DNA of 64,000 nt. Origin: Eledone cirrhosa (lineage: Eukaryota). The notes under the pieces are model-generated. The model worked only from the letters and a program-made list of their open reading frames with translations, made no database searches and had not been told where the DNA came from. The stretch's first letter is position 1. Every line of letters starts with the position of its first letter. The position numbers were made by a program, and so were the translations under genes. This document shows positions 1 through 14,900 of the stretch, in pieces. Where the stretch lies: assembly GCA_964016885.1 (NCBI GenBank), contig OZ024763.1:10540001-10604000 (forward strand), in the 5' to 3' direction.

Positions 1-234
1 TCATCTTCTGGTGAGGCAAGGTGGAGGGTTGGTAGATGAGGGCGGAGAGTAAATGGTTTTGGGCTATGGTATGGTTTGAGAGCAATGGTGTGGTTTATTT
101 CATTGTCTGGAACAATCAGAACAGAAAGATAGGCAGACAAACCAGAGAGTGAAGTATAGTGGACTTTAAATGATGACATTGATATCTGGAAAGTTCCCCT
201 TTAAGGGATAAATAAGCAGAGTTAAGGTGTTTTT

Positions 235-476
235 GTGGAAGACTAGCAGTCACCCATGCATACCAACCACTCCTCTCCATGCCACCAATGTTGTCCAAGG
301 GATAGGCACATGTTGATACAGCTTGGCACTAGTGACAACTCGTATCTACAGTTGAGTGAAGTGGAGCAACGGGAAAATAAGGTGTCTTGCTCAAGGACAC
401 AATGCACCACTCAGTCTAGGAATCAAACTCACAACCTCATAATTGTGAACCCACCACTCTACCCACTAAGCCACAT
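235..476 (-). mobile_element. tRNA-derived CORE-type SINE (degraded)
   Basis: Reverse strand reads TGGCTTAGTGG (A-box-like)...GAGTTTGATTCC (B-box-like)...GTGTCCTTGAGCAAGACAC (CORE-like domain); homologous to 51969-52110. Confidence 0.75.
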
Positions 477-531
477 ATATATTTAGTAAAATAAGTCTCC
501 CATTATTAACAAACTTTCTTCAATAAATACT

Positions 532-1523
532 TTAACCCTTTATCATTTAAACTGGCCATAACTGGCCAGAATTCTCTCATCCCTTTCTGTACAAACCAGC
601 TGTAACTGGCCACTCATACTGATTTTAAGGTATTGTTCTCAAAATAAATAATATCAAAATCTCATAGATTCGATATTATGTGAGATATTATGTGAGGTAA
701 AGCCTTTACTGTGAAAATACAATAGTATATATAGAGTAATGTAAATGTTATGTGAGATATTATGTGAGGTAAAGCCTTTACCATGAAAATACAATAGTAT
801 ATATAGAGTAATGTAAATGTTATGTGAGATATTATGTGAGGTAAAGCCTTTACTGTGAAAATACAATAGTATATATAGAGTAATGTAAATGTTATGTGAG
901 ATATTATGTGAGGTAAAGCCTTTACTGTGACAATACAATAGTATATATAGAGTAATGTAAATGTTATGTGAGATATTATGTGAGATAAAGCCTTTACCAT
1001 GAAAATACAATAGTATATATAGAGTAATGTAAATGTTATGTGAGGTAAAGCCTTTACTGTGAAAATACAATAGTATATATAGAGTAATGTAAATGTTATG
1101 TGAGATATTATGTGAGATAAAGCCTTTACCATGAAAATACAATAGTATATATAGAGTAATGTAAATGTTATGTGAGGTAAAGCCTTTACTGTGAAAATAC
1201 AATAGTATATATAGAGTAATGTAAATGTTATGTGAGATATTATGTGAGGTAAAGCCTTTACCATGAAAATACAATAGTATATATAGAGTAATGTAAATGT
1301 TATGTGAGATATTATGTGAGGTAAAGTCTTTACTGTGATAATACAATAATATATATAGAGTAATGTAAATGTTATGTGAGGTATTATGTGAGGTAAAGCC
1401 TTTACTGTGAAAATACAATAGTATATATAGAGTAATGTAAATGTTATGTGAGGTAAAGCCTTTACTGTGAAAATACAATAGTATATATAGAGTAATGTAA
1501 ATGTTATGTGAGATAATTATGTG
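532..1523. mobile_element. piggyBac-like MITE, one end only, with internally expanded minisatellite
   Basis: Begins TTAA+CCCTTTATCATTTAAA; 536-670 is the reverse-complement homologue of 58970-59108; the other end is missing and it abuts a LINE fragment. Confidence 0.7.
673..1523. repeat. 60/72-bp minisatellite, ~12 units
   Basis: GTAAAGCCTTTACTGTGAAAATACAATAGTATATATAGAGTAATGTAAATGTTATGTGAG (60 bp) with an optional 12-bp ATATTATGTGAG. Confidence 0.95.
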
Positions 1524-1798
1524 AGGAGAGAAGGCTGAGAAGGTAAAGACATGTGATGCACATGGAGGATGACCGCTGGGTAAAGAAGTGCCAGGAAGTC
1601 CCAGTAGAAGGAAGACGCAGTAGAGGTAGACCACGAAAAACATGAGCGGAGGTGGTGAGAGCAGACCTCAGATTGCTGAAACTCACGGAGGAGATGACGA
1701 AAGACTGTGACAAGTGGAGAGGTGCTGTGTTGAATAGGACCCGTTCCACCCTTGCAAGCAGGGAAAAGTGGATGTAAAATGATGATGATGATGATGAT
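1521..1798 (+). mobile_element. RTE-clade LINE 3' end (family B) with (GAT)n tail
   Basis: Degenerate HVMHMEDDRWVKKC..RSRGRPRKT C-terminus followed by (GAT)n; homologous to 55505-55900 and 58215-58640. Confidence 0.85.
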
Positions 1799-1900
1799 TG
1801 GTGAGTCTTGGATAGACACTCTTTATGATATAATTTTTGTATATAAAATATATATATTGTAAGATTATAAAATATATATTAAATATTTCAGCAACCCCAT

Positions 1901-1936
<36 letters not shown>

Positions 1937-2075
1937 GTTTAATGTCCATCTTCCACGCTAGCATGGGTTAGACGGGAGTTGTGCCACTTGAGGCAAGGTT
2001 GATATATATATATATGTTTGTGTGTATGTGTGTGTGTGTGTATATGTGAGTGTATATCTCTCTCTTTCTCTCTCC

Positions 2076-2104
<29 letters not shown>

Positions 2105-2106
<2 letters not shown>

Positions 2107-2578
2107 CAAACGAAGGACACAGAACTCCATGGTCATCAGCCGTTGAGATGGACTTAGGCAGTTTCGACCCCTACCAAGAGTATTGCTGGTCTATCCGGGG
2201 TCACAGCGTCTGACATAAGCCAAATGCTGTCCAAAGGAGTAAGAGACGAAATACAAATGGTAATTTATAGCCTTTTTTTACAATTTTGTATGACTTTAGG
2301 GAAAATGTCTGGTGCCTCACATAGCACATGAAATATGAGTGAAACAAGGAAGAAAAAGACAGAAGAGAAGAAAGGAAGAAAAAATGCAAGAAGAAGAAAG
2401 TAAGATATTGTTAGAGAATGTAAACCATTACAATAAATGGAGTAGAAGAGTATTTGGACAATGTTTGGCTAATGTCAGAAGCTGTGACCCCAGATGGACC
2501 ACCAGTACTGTTGATAGGGGTCAAGACTGCCCAAGTCCAACGGCCGATGACAATGGAGTTCTGAGTCCATCATTTGTA
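2105..2578. mobile_element. Inverted-repeat element (MITE/fold-back) with ~125-bp imperfect arms
   Basis: 2105-2235 is an imperfect reverse complement of 2453-2578; ~217-bp purine-rich spacer. Confidence 0.75.
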
Positions 2579-2757
2579 TTTTTATTTTTTTTAAATAATT
2601 TTTTTTAAATTTGTTTTTTGTTTTGTTTTGTTTTTGTTTGTTGTCTTGTCCTATCTTCGTTAATTTTCTTAAGTTTATTTACTAATGTGGCAAATGGGGT
2701 TTTCTCTTCTCCCCTATTTATTGTAGTTCTGACAATGGAAACATATTTTGAAATAAA

Positions 2758-3690
2758 AAGGGCTGAGAGTAAACTTAACCTAAACTAAAGTTCTAGTAAG
2801 AAGGATAGAAGATAGGACCCTAATTCCTCTAGAGAAACAGCCCTGCTCAAACGGAGTAAGCATAAACTCTATACAATGTACATAATGTAAATCTTTCGTA
2901 CACAAGAGATGTAGTGGGATAATAGGTAGACTAACAGGAAGGGAGAACTTTGTATGTAAAAGATGCACAGGAGTAATTGAGGGGAAGAGTGGCAATGATA
3001 TAAACCTTTTCCAATCACATGAAGGATCAATAGAAGTGGTTGATAGCTTCTGATATCTATGTAATCTAATCAACAGCAGAGGATGGTGTTCTGAGGGTAT
3101 AATGGTTTCTTATATAGGCAGAAGGCCAGCAATTTGGGAGGAGGGGAAAGTCGATTTAATCGACCCCAGTGCGTGACTGCTACTTTATTTTACCAACACC
3201 ATAAGGAAGAAAGGCAAAATTAACCTCTGCAGGATTTGAACTCAGAACGTAAAGGGCTCAAAGCTTGGCGTCTGACCCTCTACCGATACTGCCAATCCAC
3301 CACCCTGCTCTGAGGGTATAATAACTAGAATGAGGATAAGATGGAAGAAGTTTAGAGAGTTAGTCACACTGTTGACAACAAAAAGATGGCTCTATGATGC
3401 CTGTTTATGAAGCACGAAGCAATGAAACAACCATGCATCATTGGATGTGCAATGTAAATGTGAGAGAAAGGCAGAGCTGAGATGAACTGAAGGAGAAAGT
3501 GGTTTTAAGAGGAATCGGAGGAAGAAATCCTAGTGGAGAGTAGCCACAGTAGAGGAAAACCTAGGGAGAGTTGGGGAGATATGATGTGGTATTGCTGAAA
3601 TGACGAATGAGTGCAACAAGTGGAAAATGCTAAAAAAGACCCATCCAGCCGTTGGGAGCAAGAAAAATCAATTGTAAAAAGGATGATGAC
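2758..3690 (+). mobile_element. Old RTE LINE RT/3' fragment interrupted by a SINE
   Basis: Degenerate GLRVNLT.TKVLVS, Cys-rich segment (VHKRCSGI..FVCKRC) and IRIRWKKFREL; parallels 5370-6250. Confidence 0.75.
3104..3308 (-). mobile_element. Meta-type tRNA SINE with 14-bp target-site duplication
   Basis: Reverse strand GGATTGGCAGTATCGGTAGAG...GAGTTCAAATCC...TTTGCCTTTC; TCTGAGGGTATAAT duplicated at 3090-3103 and 3309-3322. Confidence 0.85.
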
Positions 3691-3876
3691 ATATATGTAG
3701 AAATAAGTTTAGCAAGCTATAGGTTAAATAGCCTCACCGACCTGCAATTGGCCAAGTGCGGTGAGTACGGCTACACCTCTCACGTGACCAACATGGAAAC
3801 AGAAAATGGTGGAGGTCAATTAGGGAAGGGTTCCTTTGGTAGGAGTGAGAAGGTCTTGGATTGAATGGATTCATTG

Positions 3877-3896
3877 AATATATATATATTTATATT

Positions 3897-3932
<36 letters not shown>

Positions 3933-3954
3933 CACTCACAAAACATATATATAT

Positions 3955-4007
<53 letters not shown>

Positions 4008-4015
4008 ATACAAAC

Positions 4016-4046
<31 letters not shown>

Positions 4047-4069
4047 CACACACAAACATATATATATAT

Positions 4070-4140
<71 letters not shown>

Positions 4141-4172
4141 ATATATATATACAAACATATATATATATATAT
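3877..4172. repeat. (TA)n microsatellite, interrupted
   Basis: Direct reading. Confidence 0.95.
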
Positions 4173-5120
4173 GAGGGTCTGTGTATATTACACTCTCTCT
4201 GTTGTTAAGTGTTGTTATATAAATAGATGTTGGATGATGTCAGTGATTAGTGACTTGTCTGACTGCTATGTGTTGTTGTAGGGTGGTGGAGGGGGATGAG
4301 GAGGGGTGGAGGGCTTCAGGGTGGGGGTGGGGATTATTTCAAAGCTTGTTGACTCCTAAAATAGCAATGCTATGTGTATATAGTCTATAGTGTATAGTAT
4401 ATAGTGTATAGTATATAGTATATTACTATGTAGTATATAGTATATAGTGTATAGTGTATAGTATATAGTATATAGTGTATATAGTATATAGTGTATAGTA
4501 TATAGTATATTGTGTATAGTATATAGTATATAGTGTATAGTGTATAGTATATAGTATATAGTGTATAGTATATAGTGTATAGTATATAGTATATAGTGTA
4601 TAGTATATAGTGTATAGTGTATAGTATATAGTGTATAGTGTATAGTATATAGTGTATAGTGTATAGTATATAGTGTATAGTATATAGTGTATAGTATATA
4701 GTGTATAGTGTATAGTATATAGTGTATAGTGTATAGTGTATAGTATATAGTGTATAGTATATAGTATATAGTGTATAGTATATAGTACATAGTGTATAGT
4801 ATATAGTATATAGTATATTACTATGTAGTATATAGTATATTAGTGTATAGTATATAGTATATAGTGTATAGTATATAGTGTATAGTATATAGTGTATAGT
4901 ATATAGTATATAGTGTATAGTGTATAGTGTATAGAATATAGTATATAGTATATAGTATATTGTATATAGTGTATAGTATATAGTATATAGTACATAGTAT
5001 ATAGTATTTAGTATATAGTATATAGTGTATAGTGTATAGTATGTAGTGTATAGTATATGGTATATAGTATATAGTGTATAGTGTATAGTATATAGTGTAT
5101 AGTATGTAGTGTATAGTGTA

Positions 5121-6250
5121 TAGGGGAGCAGTCAGCAAAGTTAGGATTAGCAATGAGTATAGCGAGGAATTTAGCGTACAGGTTGGGGTCCACCAGGGCT
5201 CTGTTCTTAGCCCTCTCCTGTTCATCATAGTCCTGCAGGCAATAACGGAGGAGTTTAAGACCGGATGCCCATGGTAACTCCTGTATGCTGATGACCTCGC
5301 ACTTATAGCTGAATCTATGGTAGAACTAGAGAATAAATTCCAAACTTGGAAGCAAGGACTAGAAAGAAAGGGTCTCGAAGTCAACATGACAAAGACTAAG
5401 GTCCTTGTAAGTAGACGAGAAAACAGAACCCAGATACCCCTCAGGGAAATGGCCTTGCTCAGTATGTAGGAAAGGTGTAGGTAGGAACTCCATTCTCTGC
5501 CCCAAATGCAAACAATGGGTACACTAGAGATGTAGCGGGATCTCAGGAAGCTTAATTAAGAATGTAGGCTTCACATGCAGCAGCTGTGCTGGGACAGCAA
5601 GCAGCAAACAGGCACAGGAAACAAGTACCACCAATCTCTGGGAGGACTCTGTAGAAACAGTAGACAGCTTCTGCTACCTAGGTGACCGAATTAGCAGCGG
5701 CGGTGGGTGTTCAGAAAGTACAATAACTAAAGTAAGAACGGGATGGAAGAAGTTTAGGGAACTACTACCACTGCTAGCTGCAAAAGGCTTCTCCCTCAGA
5801 ATGAAAGGCAGACTGTATGATGCGTGTATCCGAACAGCGATGTTGCATGGTAGTGAGACCTGGGCGCTGAAGGTGGAAGACTTACGTAGATTAGAGAGAA
5901 ACGAAGCCTGCATGCTCCGATGGATGTGTAACAGTAATATACGTGAACGACAAAGCATAAATGAATTGAGAGAGAGACTGAGCATAAGAGGAATCAAATG
6001 CTGTGTGCAAGAGAGGCGGTTGCGCTGGTATGGACATGTGATGCGTATGAAGGATGACAGCTGCATAAAAAGGTGCAGAGCACTAGAAGTCGATGGAAAC
6101 AGCGGAGTGGGGAGACCCAAGATGACTTGGGATGAGGTGATAAAAGCCGACCTTACCCAACTACACCTCTCAAAGGCAATGACACACGACCGTGACTTCG
6201 AGTGTCACGCAGTAATACAGAGTACCCGACCTCCCATGGGTACAAGCTGA
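5121..6250 (+). pseudogene. 5'-truncated RTE-clade LINE ORF (reverse transcriptase C-half, Cys-rich insert, C-terminus), disabled
   Basis: GVHQGSVLSPLLF and LLYADDLAL motifs, CSVC..CPKC..H..C..CSSC, FCYLGD, MLHGSETW, LRWYGHV, GRPKMTW; in-frame TAA at ~5275 and a frameshift near 5440. Confidence 0.92.
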
Positions 6251-6526
6251 AGCATATAGACAATATGCCCCCACACCCCCCACCGCAAGGTGGCCATGGA
6301 GGTGCCACGGCAAAAAAGCACTCAGCCCACACCGTAAAATGGACGTGTAGGCACTCACTGTAAATGAGGTTGGTGTTAGGAAGGGCATCCAGCTGTAGAA
6401 ATCAAGCCAGATCAGTTCCTGTATGAGCAAGGCATGGTCAGCCGACCAGACACTGCCCACGACAGGACAACCCGTCTAACCCATACTAGCGTGGAAGAAC
6501 GGACGTAAAACGGTGATGATGATGAT
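6251..6526 (+). mobile_element. 3' UTR and (GAT)n tail of RTE family A
   Basis: GTTGGTGTTAGGAAGGGCATCCAGCTGTAG...GGACGTAAAACGGTGATGATGAT; the same UTR follows the same ORF end at 47616-47940 and 59468-59836. Confidence 0.85.
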
Positions 6527-9500
6527 ATAGTATATAGTATATCGTATATCATGTATAATATATAGTATATAGTACGTAGTGTATAGTGTATAGTGTATAG
6601 TATATAGTATATTGTGTATTGTGTATTGTATATAAGATGTAGTATATAGTGTATAGTATATAGTATATACTATATAGTGTATAGTATATAGTATATAGTG
6701 TATAGTATATAGTATATAGTGTATAGTATATAGTGTATAGTGTATAGTATATAGTATATAGTGTATAGTATATAGTATATAGTGTATAGTATATAGTGTA
6801 TAGTGTATAGTATATAGTGTAGAGTATATAGTGTATAGTGTAGAGTATATAGTGTATAGTGTAGAGTATATAGTATATAGTGTATAGTATATAGTGTATA
6901 GTGTATAGTATATACTATACTCTATGCACTATATACTATACACTATACACTATATACTACATACAATATACTATATACTATATACTATATACTATACATT
7001 ATATATCATACATTATACACTATATACTATATACTATACACTATATACTATATACTATACACTATACACTATATACTATATACTATACACTATACACTAT
7101 ACACTACATACTATATACTATACACTATACACTATATACAATACACTATATACTATATACTATATACTATACACTATATACTATATACTATATACTATAC
7201 ACTATATACGATATACTATACACTATACACTATATACTATATACTATACACTATACACTATACACTATACACTACATACTATATACTATACACTATACAC
7301 TATATACAATACACTATATATAATATACTATACACTATATACTATATACTATACACTATATACTATATACTATACACTATATACTATATACTATACACTA
7401 TACACTATACACTATACACTATACACTATATAATATATACTATAAGCTATACACTATACACTATATACTATATCCTATATACTATATACTATACTCTATA
7501 CACTATATACTATACACTATACATTATACACTATATACTATATACTATATACAATGTACTATACACTATGTACTATACACTATATACTATACACTATATA
7601 CTATATACTATACACTATATACTACACACTATACACTATATACTATATAATATACACTATATACTATACACTATATAGTATACACTATACACTACACACT
7701 ATACACTATATACTATATACTACATACTATATACTATATACTATACACTATACACTATATACTATATACTAATATACTATATACTATATACTATACACTA
7801 TATACTATATACTAATATACTATATACTAATATACTATATACTATATACTAATGTACTATATACTATATACTAATTTACTATATAGTATATACTATATAC
7901 TATGCACTATATACTATATACTATACACTATAAACTATATACTATATACTAAACACTATATACTATACACTATACACTACATACTATACACTATATACTA
8001 TACACTATATACTATACACTATATACTATATACTATATACTATACACTATATACTATACATTATATACTATATACTAAATACTATACACTATACACTATA
8101 TACTATATCATATACACTATACACTATACACTATATACTATATACTCTATACTATACACTATGTACTATATACTAATATACTAGATACTATATACTATAC
8201 ACTATACACTATACACTATATACTATACATTATATACTATACGCTATATACTATACACTATATACTATATACTGTATACTATAAACTACATCCTATATAC
8301 TATGCACTATAAACTATATACTATATACTATACACTATATACTATACACTATACACTACATACTATACACTATATACTATACACTATATACTATATACTA
8401 TATACTCTATACTATACACTATGTACTATATACTAATATACTATACACTATACACTATACACTATATAGTATATACTATATACTATGCACTATATACTAT
8501 CTACTATATACTATACACTATATACTATATACTATACACTATACACTATACACTATATACTATATACTCTATACTATACACTATGTACTATATACTAATA
8601 TACTAGATACTATATACTATACACTATAAACTATACACTATATACTATACATTATGTACTATACGCTATATACTATACACTATATACTATATACTGTATA
8701 CTATAAACTACATCCTATATACTATACACTATATACTATATACTATAGACTATACACTATATACTATACACTATATACCATATACTATATACTATACACT
8801 ATAAACTACATACTATATTCTATGCACTATACACTATATACTCTATACTATATACTATATACGATATACTATACACTATATACTATATACTATATACTAA
8901 ATACTATACACTATACTACTATATACTATATACTCTACACTATATACTATACGCTATATACTATACACTATATACTATACACTTAACACTATAAACTATA
9001 CACTATATGCTATATACTATATACTATACACTATACACTACATACTATATACTATACATTATACACTATATACTAAATACTATACACTATATACTATACA
9101 CTATATACTATATACTATATACTATAAATTATATACTATACACTATATACTATATACTATATACTATAAACTATACACTACATACTACATACTATACACT
9201 ATATATTATATACTCTACACTATATACTATCCACTATAAACTATATACTATATACTATACACTATACACTATATACTATACACTATACACTATATACTAT
9301 ACACTATACACTATATACTATATACTATAGACTATACACTACATACTATACACTATATACCATATACTATATAGTATACACTATGAACTACATACTATAT
9401 TCTATGCACTATACACTATATACTCTATACTATATACTATATACGATATACTATACACTATATACTATATACTATATACTAAATACTATACACTATATAC

Positions 9501-11980
9501 TATATACTATAGACTATACACTACATACTATACACTATAAACTATATACTATAAACTATATACTATAGAATATACAATATACACTACATACTATATACTA
9601 TACACTTTACACTATATACTATATACTATACACTATATACTATACACTATATACTGTATACTATATACTATACACTATATACTATAAACTATATACTATA
9701 TACTATACACTATACACTATATACTATATACTATACACTATATACTATACCCTATATACTATATACTATACACTATATACTATACACTATATATGATATA
9801 CTATATACTATACAATATACACTACATACTATATACTATACATTATACATTATATACTATATACTATAAACTATATACTATATAGTATACACTATATACT
9901 ATACACTATATACTATATACTATACACTATATACTATACACTATATGCTATATACTATATACTATACACTTTATACATAACAGTATATACGATATACTAT
10001 ACACGATATACTATATACTATACACTAAATACTATACACTATACTACTATATACTATATACTCTACACTATCTACTATACACTATATACTAAATACTATA
10101 TTCTATACACTATACTACTATATACTATATACTATATACTATACACTATACACTATACACTTTATACTATACACTATATACTATATACTATATACTATAC
10201 GCTATAGAGTATATACTATATGCTATACACTATTTACTATATACTATATACTATATAATATATACTATACACTATATACTATATACTATATGCTAATATA
10301 CTATATACTACATACTATATACTATATGCTAATATACTATATACTATACACTATATACTATATACTACATACTAATATACTATATACTAATATACTATAT
10401 GCTATATACTATATACTAATATACTATATAGTATATACTATATACTATATACTATACACTATATATTATATACTATACACTATACTCTATATACTATTTA
10501 CTATATACTATACGCTATATACTATATACTATACACTATATAGTATATAGCATATAGTATATAGTATATAATGTATAGTGTATAGTATATAGTGTATACT
10601 ATATAGAGTATAGTGTATAGAATATAGTATGTAGTGTACAGTATATTGTATATAGTATATAGTATATAGTAAATAGTGTATATTATACACTATACACTAA
10701 ACACTATATACTATATACTATACAATATACACTATAGACTATATACTATACACTATACACTATATACTATATACTATACACTACATACTATATACTATAC
10801 ACTAAATACTATACACTATATACTATACACTATATACTATATACAATACACTACATACTATATACTATACACTAAATACTATACACTATATACTATTCAC
10901 TATATACTATATACTATATACTATACACTATACACTATACACTATATACTATACTCTATACACTATATACTATACACTATATACTATATTCTATATTCTA
11001 TATACTATATACTATATACTATACACTATATACTATACACTATATACTATAGAATATACAATATACACTACATACTATATACTATACAATTTACACTATA
11101 TACTATATACTATACACTATATACTATATACTATACACTGTACACTATATACTATATACTATATACTATATACTATACACTATACCCTATATACTATATA
11201 CTATACACTATATACTATATACTATATACGATATACTATATACTATACAATATACACTACATACTATATACGATACCTTATACACTATATACTATATACT
11301 ATTCACTATATACTATATACTATATTCTATATACTATACACTACATCCTATACACTATATACTATATACTATACACTATATACTACATACTATACACTAT
11401 ATACTATATACTATATAATATATACTATACAATATACGCTACATACTATATTCTATGCACTATACACTATATACTACAAACTATACACTATATACTCTAT
11501 ACTATATACTATATACTCTACACTATATACTATATACTATATACTATACACAATATACTATATATTATATACTATATACTATATACTATATACTATACAC
11601 TATATACTATACACTATACACTATATACTACTTACTATACACTATATACTATATACTATATAATATATACTATACACTATAGACTGTATACTATATACTA
11701 ATATACTATACTACTATAGACTATATACTATATACTATGCACTATACACTATACACTATATACTATATACTATACACTATACACTATATACTATATATTA
11801 TACCTTATATACTATATACTATACATTATATACTATACGCTATATACTATATACTATATACTATACACTACATCCTATATACCATATACTATATACTATA
11901 TCCTCCACACTATACACTACATACTATATTCTATGCACTATACACTATATACTCTATACTATATACTATATACTATATAC

Positions 11981-14900
11981 ATTGATGATGCCGTTTTAGC
12001 AATTTAAGAGTCATTTTCGTCATTTATAATGCCATTTTAGCCATTTTAGACTCATTTTAGTCATTTATAATGCCTTTTTACCCATTTTAGTCATTTATAA
12101 TGAAGTTTTAGCCATTTTAGAGTCATTTTAGTCATTTATGATGCCGTTTTAGCCATTTTAGAGTCGTTTTAGCCATCTATGATGCTGTTTTAGCGATTTT
12201 AGGCATTGATGATGCAGTTTTAGCCATTATAGTCATTTGTGATGCCGTTTTAGCCATTTTAGAGTCATTTTAGTAATTTATAATGCTGTTTTAGCTATTT
12301 TAGAGTCATTTTAGTCATTTATGATGTCGTTTTAGCCATTTAATCATTTATGATGCCGTTTTAGACATTTTCGAGACGTTTTAGTCATTTATTAAGCCGT
12401 TTTAGCCATTTTAGGCATTGATGATGCCGTTTTAGAAATTTAAGAGTCATTTTCGTCATTTATGATAACATTTTAGCCATTTCAGAGTCATTTTGTCATT
12501 TATAATGCCGTTTTAGACATTTTAAACTCATTTTAGTCATGTATAATGCTTTTTAGCCATTTTAGAGTCGTTTTGCTCATCTATGATGCTGTTTTAGACA
12601 ATTTAGGCATTGATGATGCCGTTTTAGTCATTTAAGAGTCATTTTCGTCATTTATGATGCCATTTTGGAGTCATTTTGTCATTTATAACGCTGTTTTAGC
12701 CATTTTAGTCATGTATCATGCCGTTTTAGCCATTTTGGACTCATTTTAGTCATTTATAATGCCGTTTTAGCCATTTTAGTAATTTATAATGACGTTTTAG
12801 TCATTGTAGACTCATTTTAGTCATTTATGATGCCATTTTAGTCATTCATGATGCCGTTTTAGCCATTTTAGAGTCGTTTTAGACATCTATGATGCTGATT
12901 TAGCCATTTTAGGCATTGATGATGTATTTTTAGCCATTTAAGTGTCATTTTCGTCATTTATGATGCCATTTTAGCTATTTTAGTCATTTATGATGCCGTT
13001 TTAGTCATTGTAGACTCATTTTAGTCATTTATAATGCCGTTTTAGCCATTTTAGAGTCGTGTTAGCCATCTATGATGCTGTTTTAGCCATTTTAGGCATT
13101 GATGATGCCGTTTTAGTCATTTAAGAGTCATTTTCGTCATTTATGATGCCATTTTAGCCATTTTGGAGTCATTTTGTCATTTATAACGCTGCTTTAGCCC
13201 TTTTAGTCATGTATCATGCCGTTTTAGCCATTTTAGACTCATTTTAGTCATTTATAATGCCGTTTTAGTCATTTTAGAGGCGTTTTACTCATGTATGATG
13301 CTGTTTTACCCATTTTAGGCATTGATGATGCCGTTTTAGCAATTTAAGAGTCATTTTCGTCATTTATAATGCCATTTTAGCCATTTTAGACTCATTTTAG
13401 TCATTTGTAATGCCGTTTTACCCATTTTAGTCATTTATAATGAAGTTTTAGCCATTTTAGAGTCATTTTAGTCATTTATGATGCCGTTTTAGCCATTTTA
13501 GAGTCGTTTTAGCCATTATAGTCTTTTGTGATGCCATTTTAGCCATTTTAGAGTCATTTTAGTCATTTATAATGCTGTTTTAGCTATTTTAGAGTCATTT
13601 TAGTCATTTATGATGTCGTTTTAGCCATTTAATCATTTATGATGCCGTTTTAGACATTTTCGAGACGTTTTAGTCATTTATTAAGCCGTTTTAGCCCTTT
13701 TAGGCATTGATGATGCCGTTTTAGAAATTTAAGAGTCATTTTCGTCATTTATGATGCCATTTTAGCCATTTCAGAGTCATTTTGTCATTTATAATGCCGT
13801 TTTAGACATTTTAAACTCATTTTAGTCATGTATAATGCTTTTTAGCCATTTTAGAGTCGTTTTACTCATCTATGATGCTGTTTTAGACAATTTAGGCATT
13901 GATGATGCCGTTTTAGTCATTTAAGAGTCATTTTCGTCATTTATGATTTACATTTTGGAGTTATTTTGTCATTTATAACGCTGTTTTAGCCATTTTAGTC
14001 ATGTATCATGCCGTTTTAGCCATTTTGGACTCATTTTAGTCATTTATAATGCCGTATTAGCCATTTTAGTAATTTATAATGACGTTTTAGTCATTGTAGA
14101 CTCATTTTAGTCATTTATGATGCCATTTTAGTCATTCATGATGCCGTTTTAGCCATTTTAGAGTCGTTTTAGATATCTATGATGCTTATTTAGCCATTTT
14201 AGGCATTGATGATGTCGTTTTAGCCATTTAAGTGTCATTTTCGTCATTTATGATGCCATTTTAGCTATTTTAGTCATTTATGATGCCGTTTTAGTCATTG
14301 TAGACTCATTTTAGTCATTTATAATGCCGTTTTAGCCATTTTAGAGTCGTGTTAGCCATCTATGATGCTGTTTTAGCCATTTTAGGCATTGATGATGCCG
14401 TTTTAGTCATTTAAGAGTCATTTTCGTCATTTATGATGCCATTTTAGCCATTTTGGAGTCATTTTGTCATTTATAACGCTGCTTTAGCCATTTTAGTCAT
14501 GTATCATGCCGTTTTAGCCATTTTAGACTCATTTTAATCATTTATAATGCCGTTTTAGTCATTTTAGAGGCGTTTTACTCATGTATGATGCTGTTTTACC
14601 CATTTTAGGCATTGATGATGCCGTTTTAGCAATTTAAGAGTCATTTTCGTCATTTATAATGCCATTTTAGCCATTTTAGACTCATTTTAGTCATTTGTAA
14701 TGCCGTTTTACCCATTTTAGTCATTTATAATGAAGTTTTAGCCATTTTAGAGTCATTTTAGTCATTTATGATGCCGTTTTAGCCATTTTATAGTCGTTTT
14801 AGCCATTATAGTCTTTTGTGATGCCATTTTAGCCATTTTAGAGTCATTTTAGTCATTTATAAGGCTGTTTTAGTTATTTTAGAGTCATTTTAGTCATTTA

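Larger units (their letters stand above)
4372..11980. repeat. Degenerate heptamer array (TATAGTR / YACTATA), left part, interrupted by a LINE at 5121-6526
   Basis: 7-bp period; G-strand form to ~6908, C-strand form after that, with a short reversed patch at ~10541-10680. Confidence 0.95.

Noticed and set aside
654-1643. 329-aa ORF, and similar ORFs at 46716-47507, 58146-58991 and 62067-62669
   Set aside because: Open only because the repeat units (60, 72, 48 bp) are multiples of 3 or are antisense TE sequence; no protein signature
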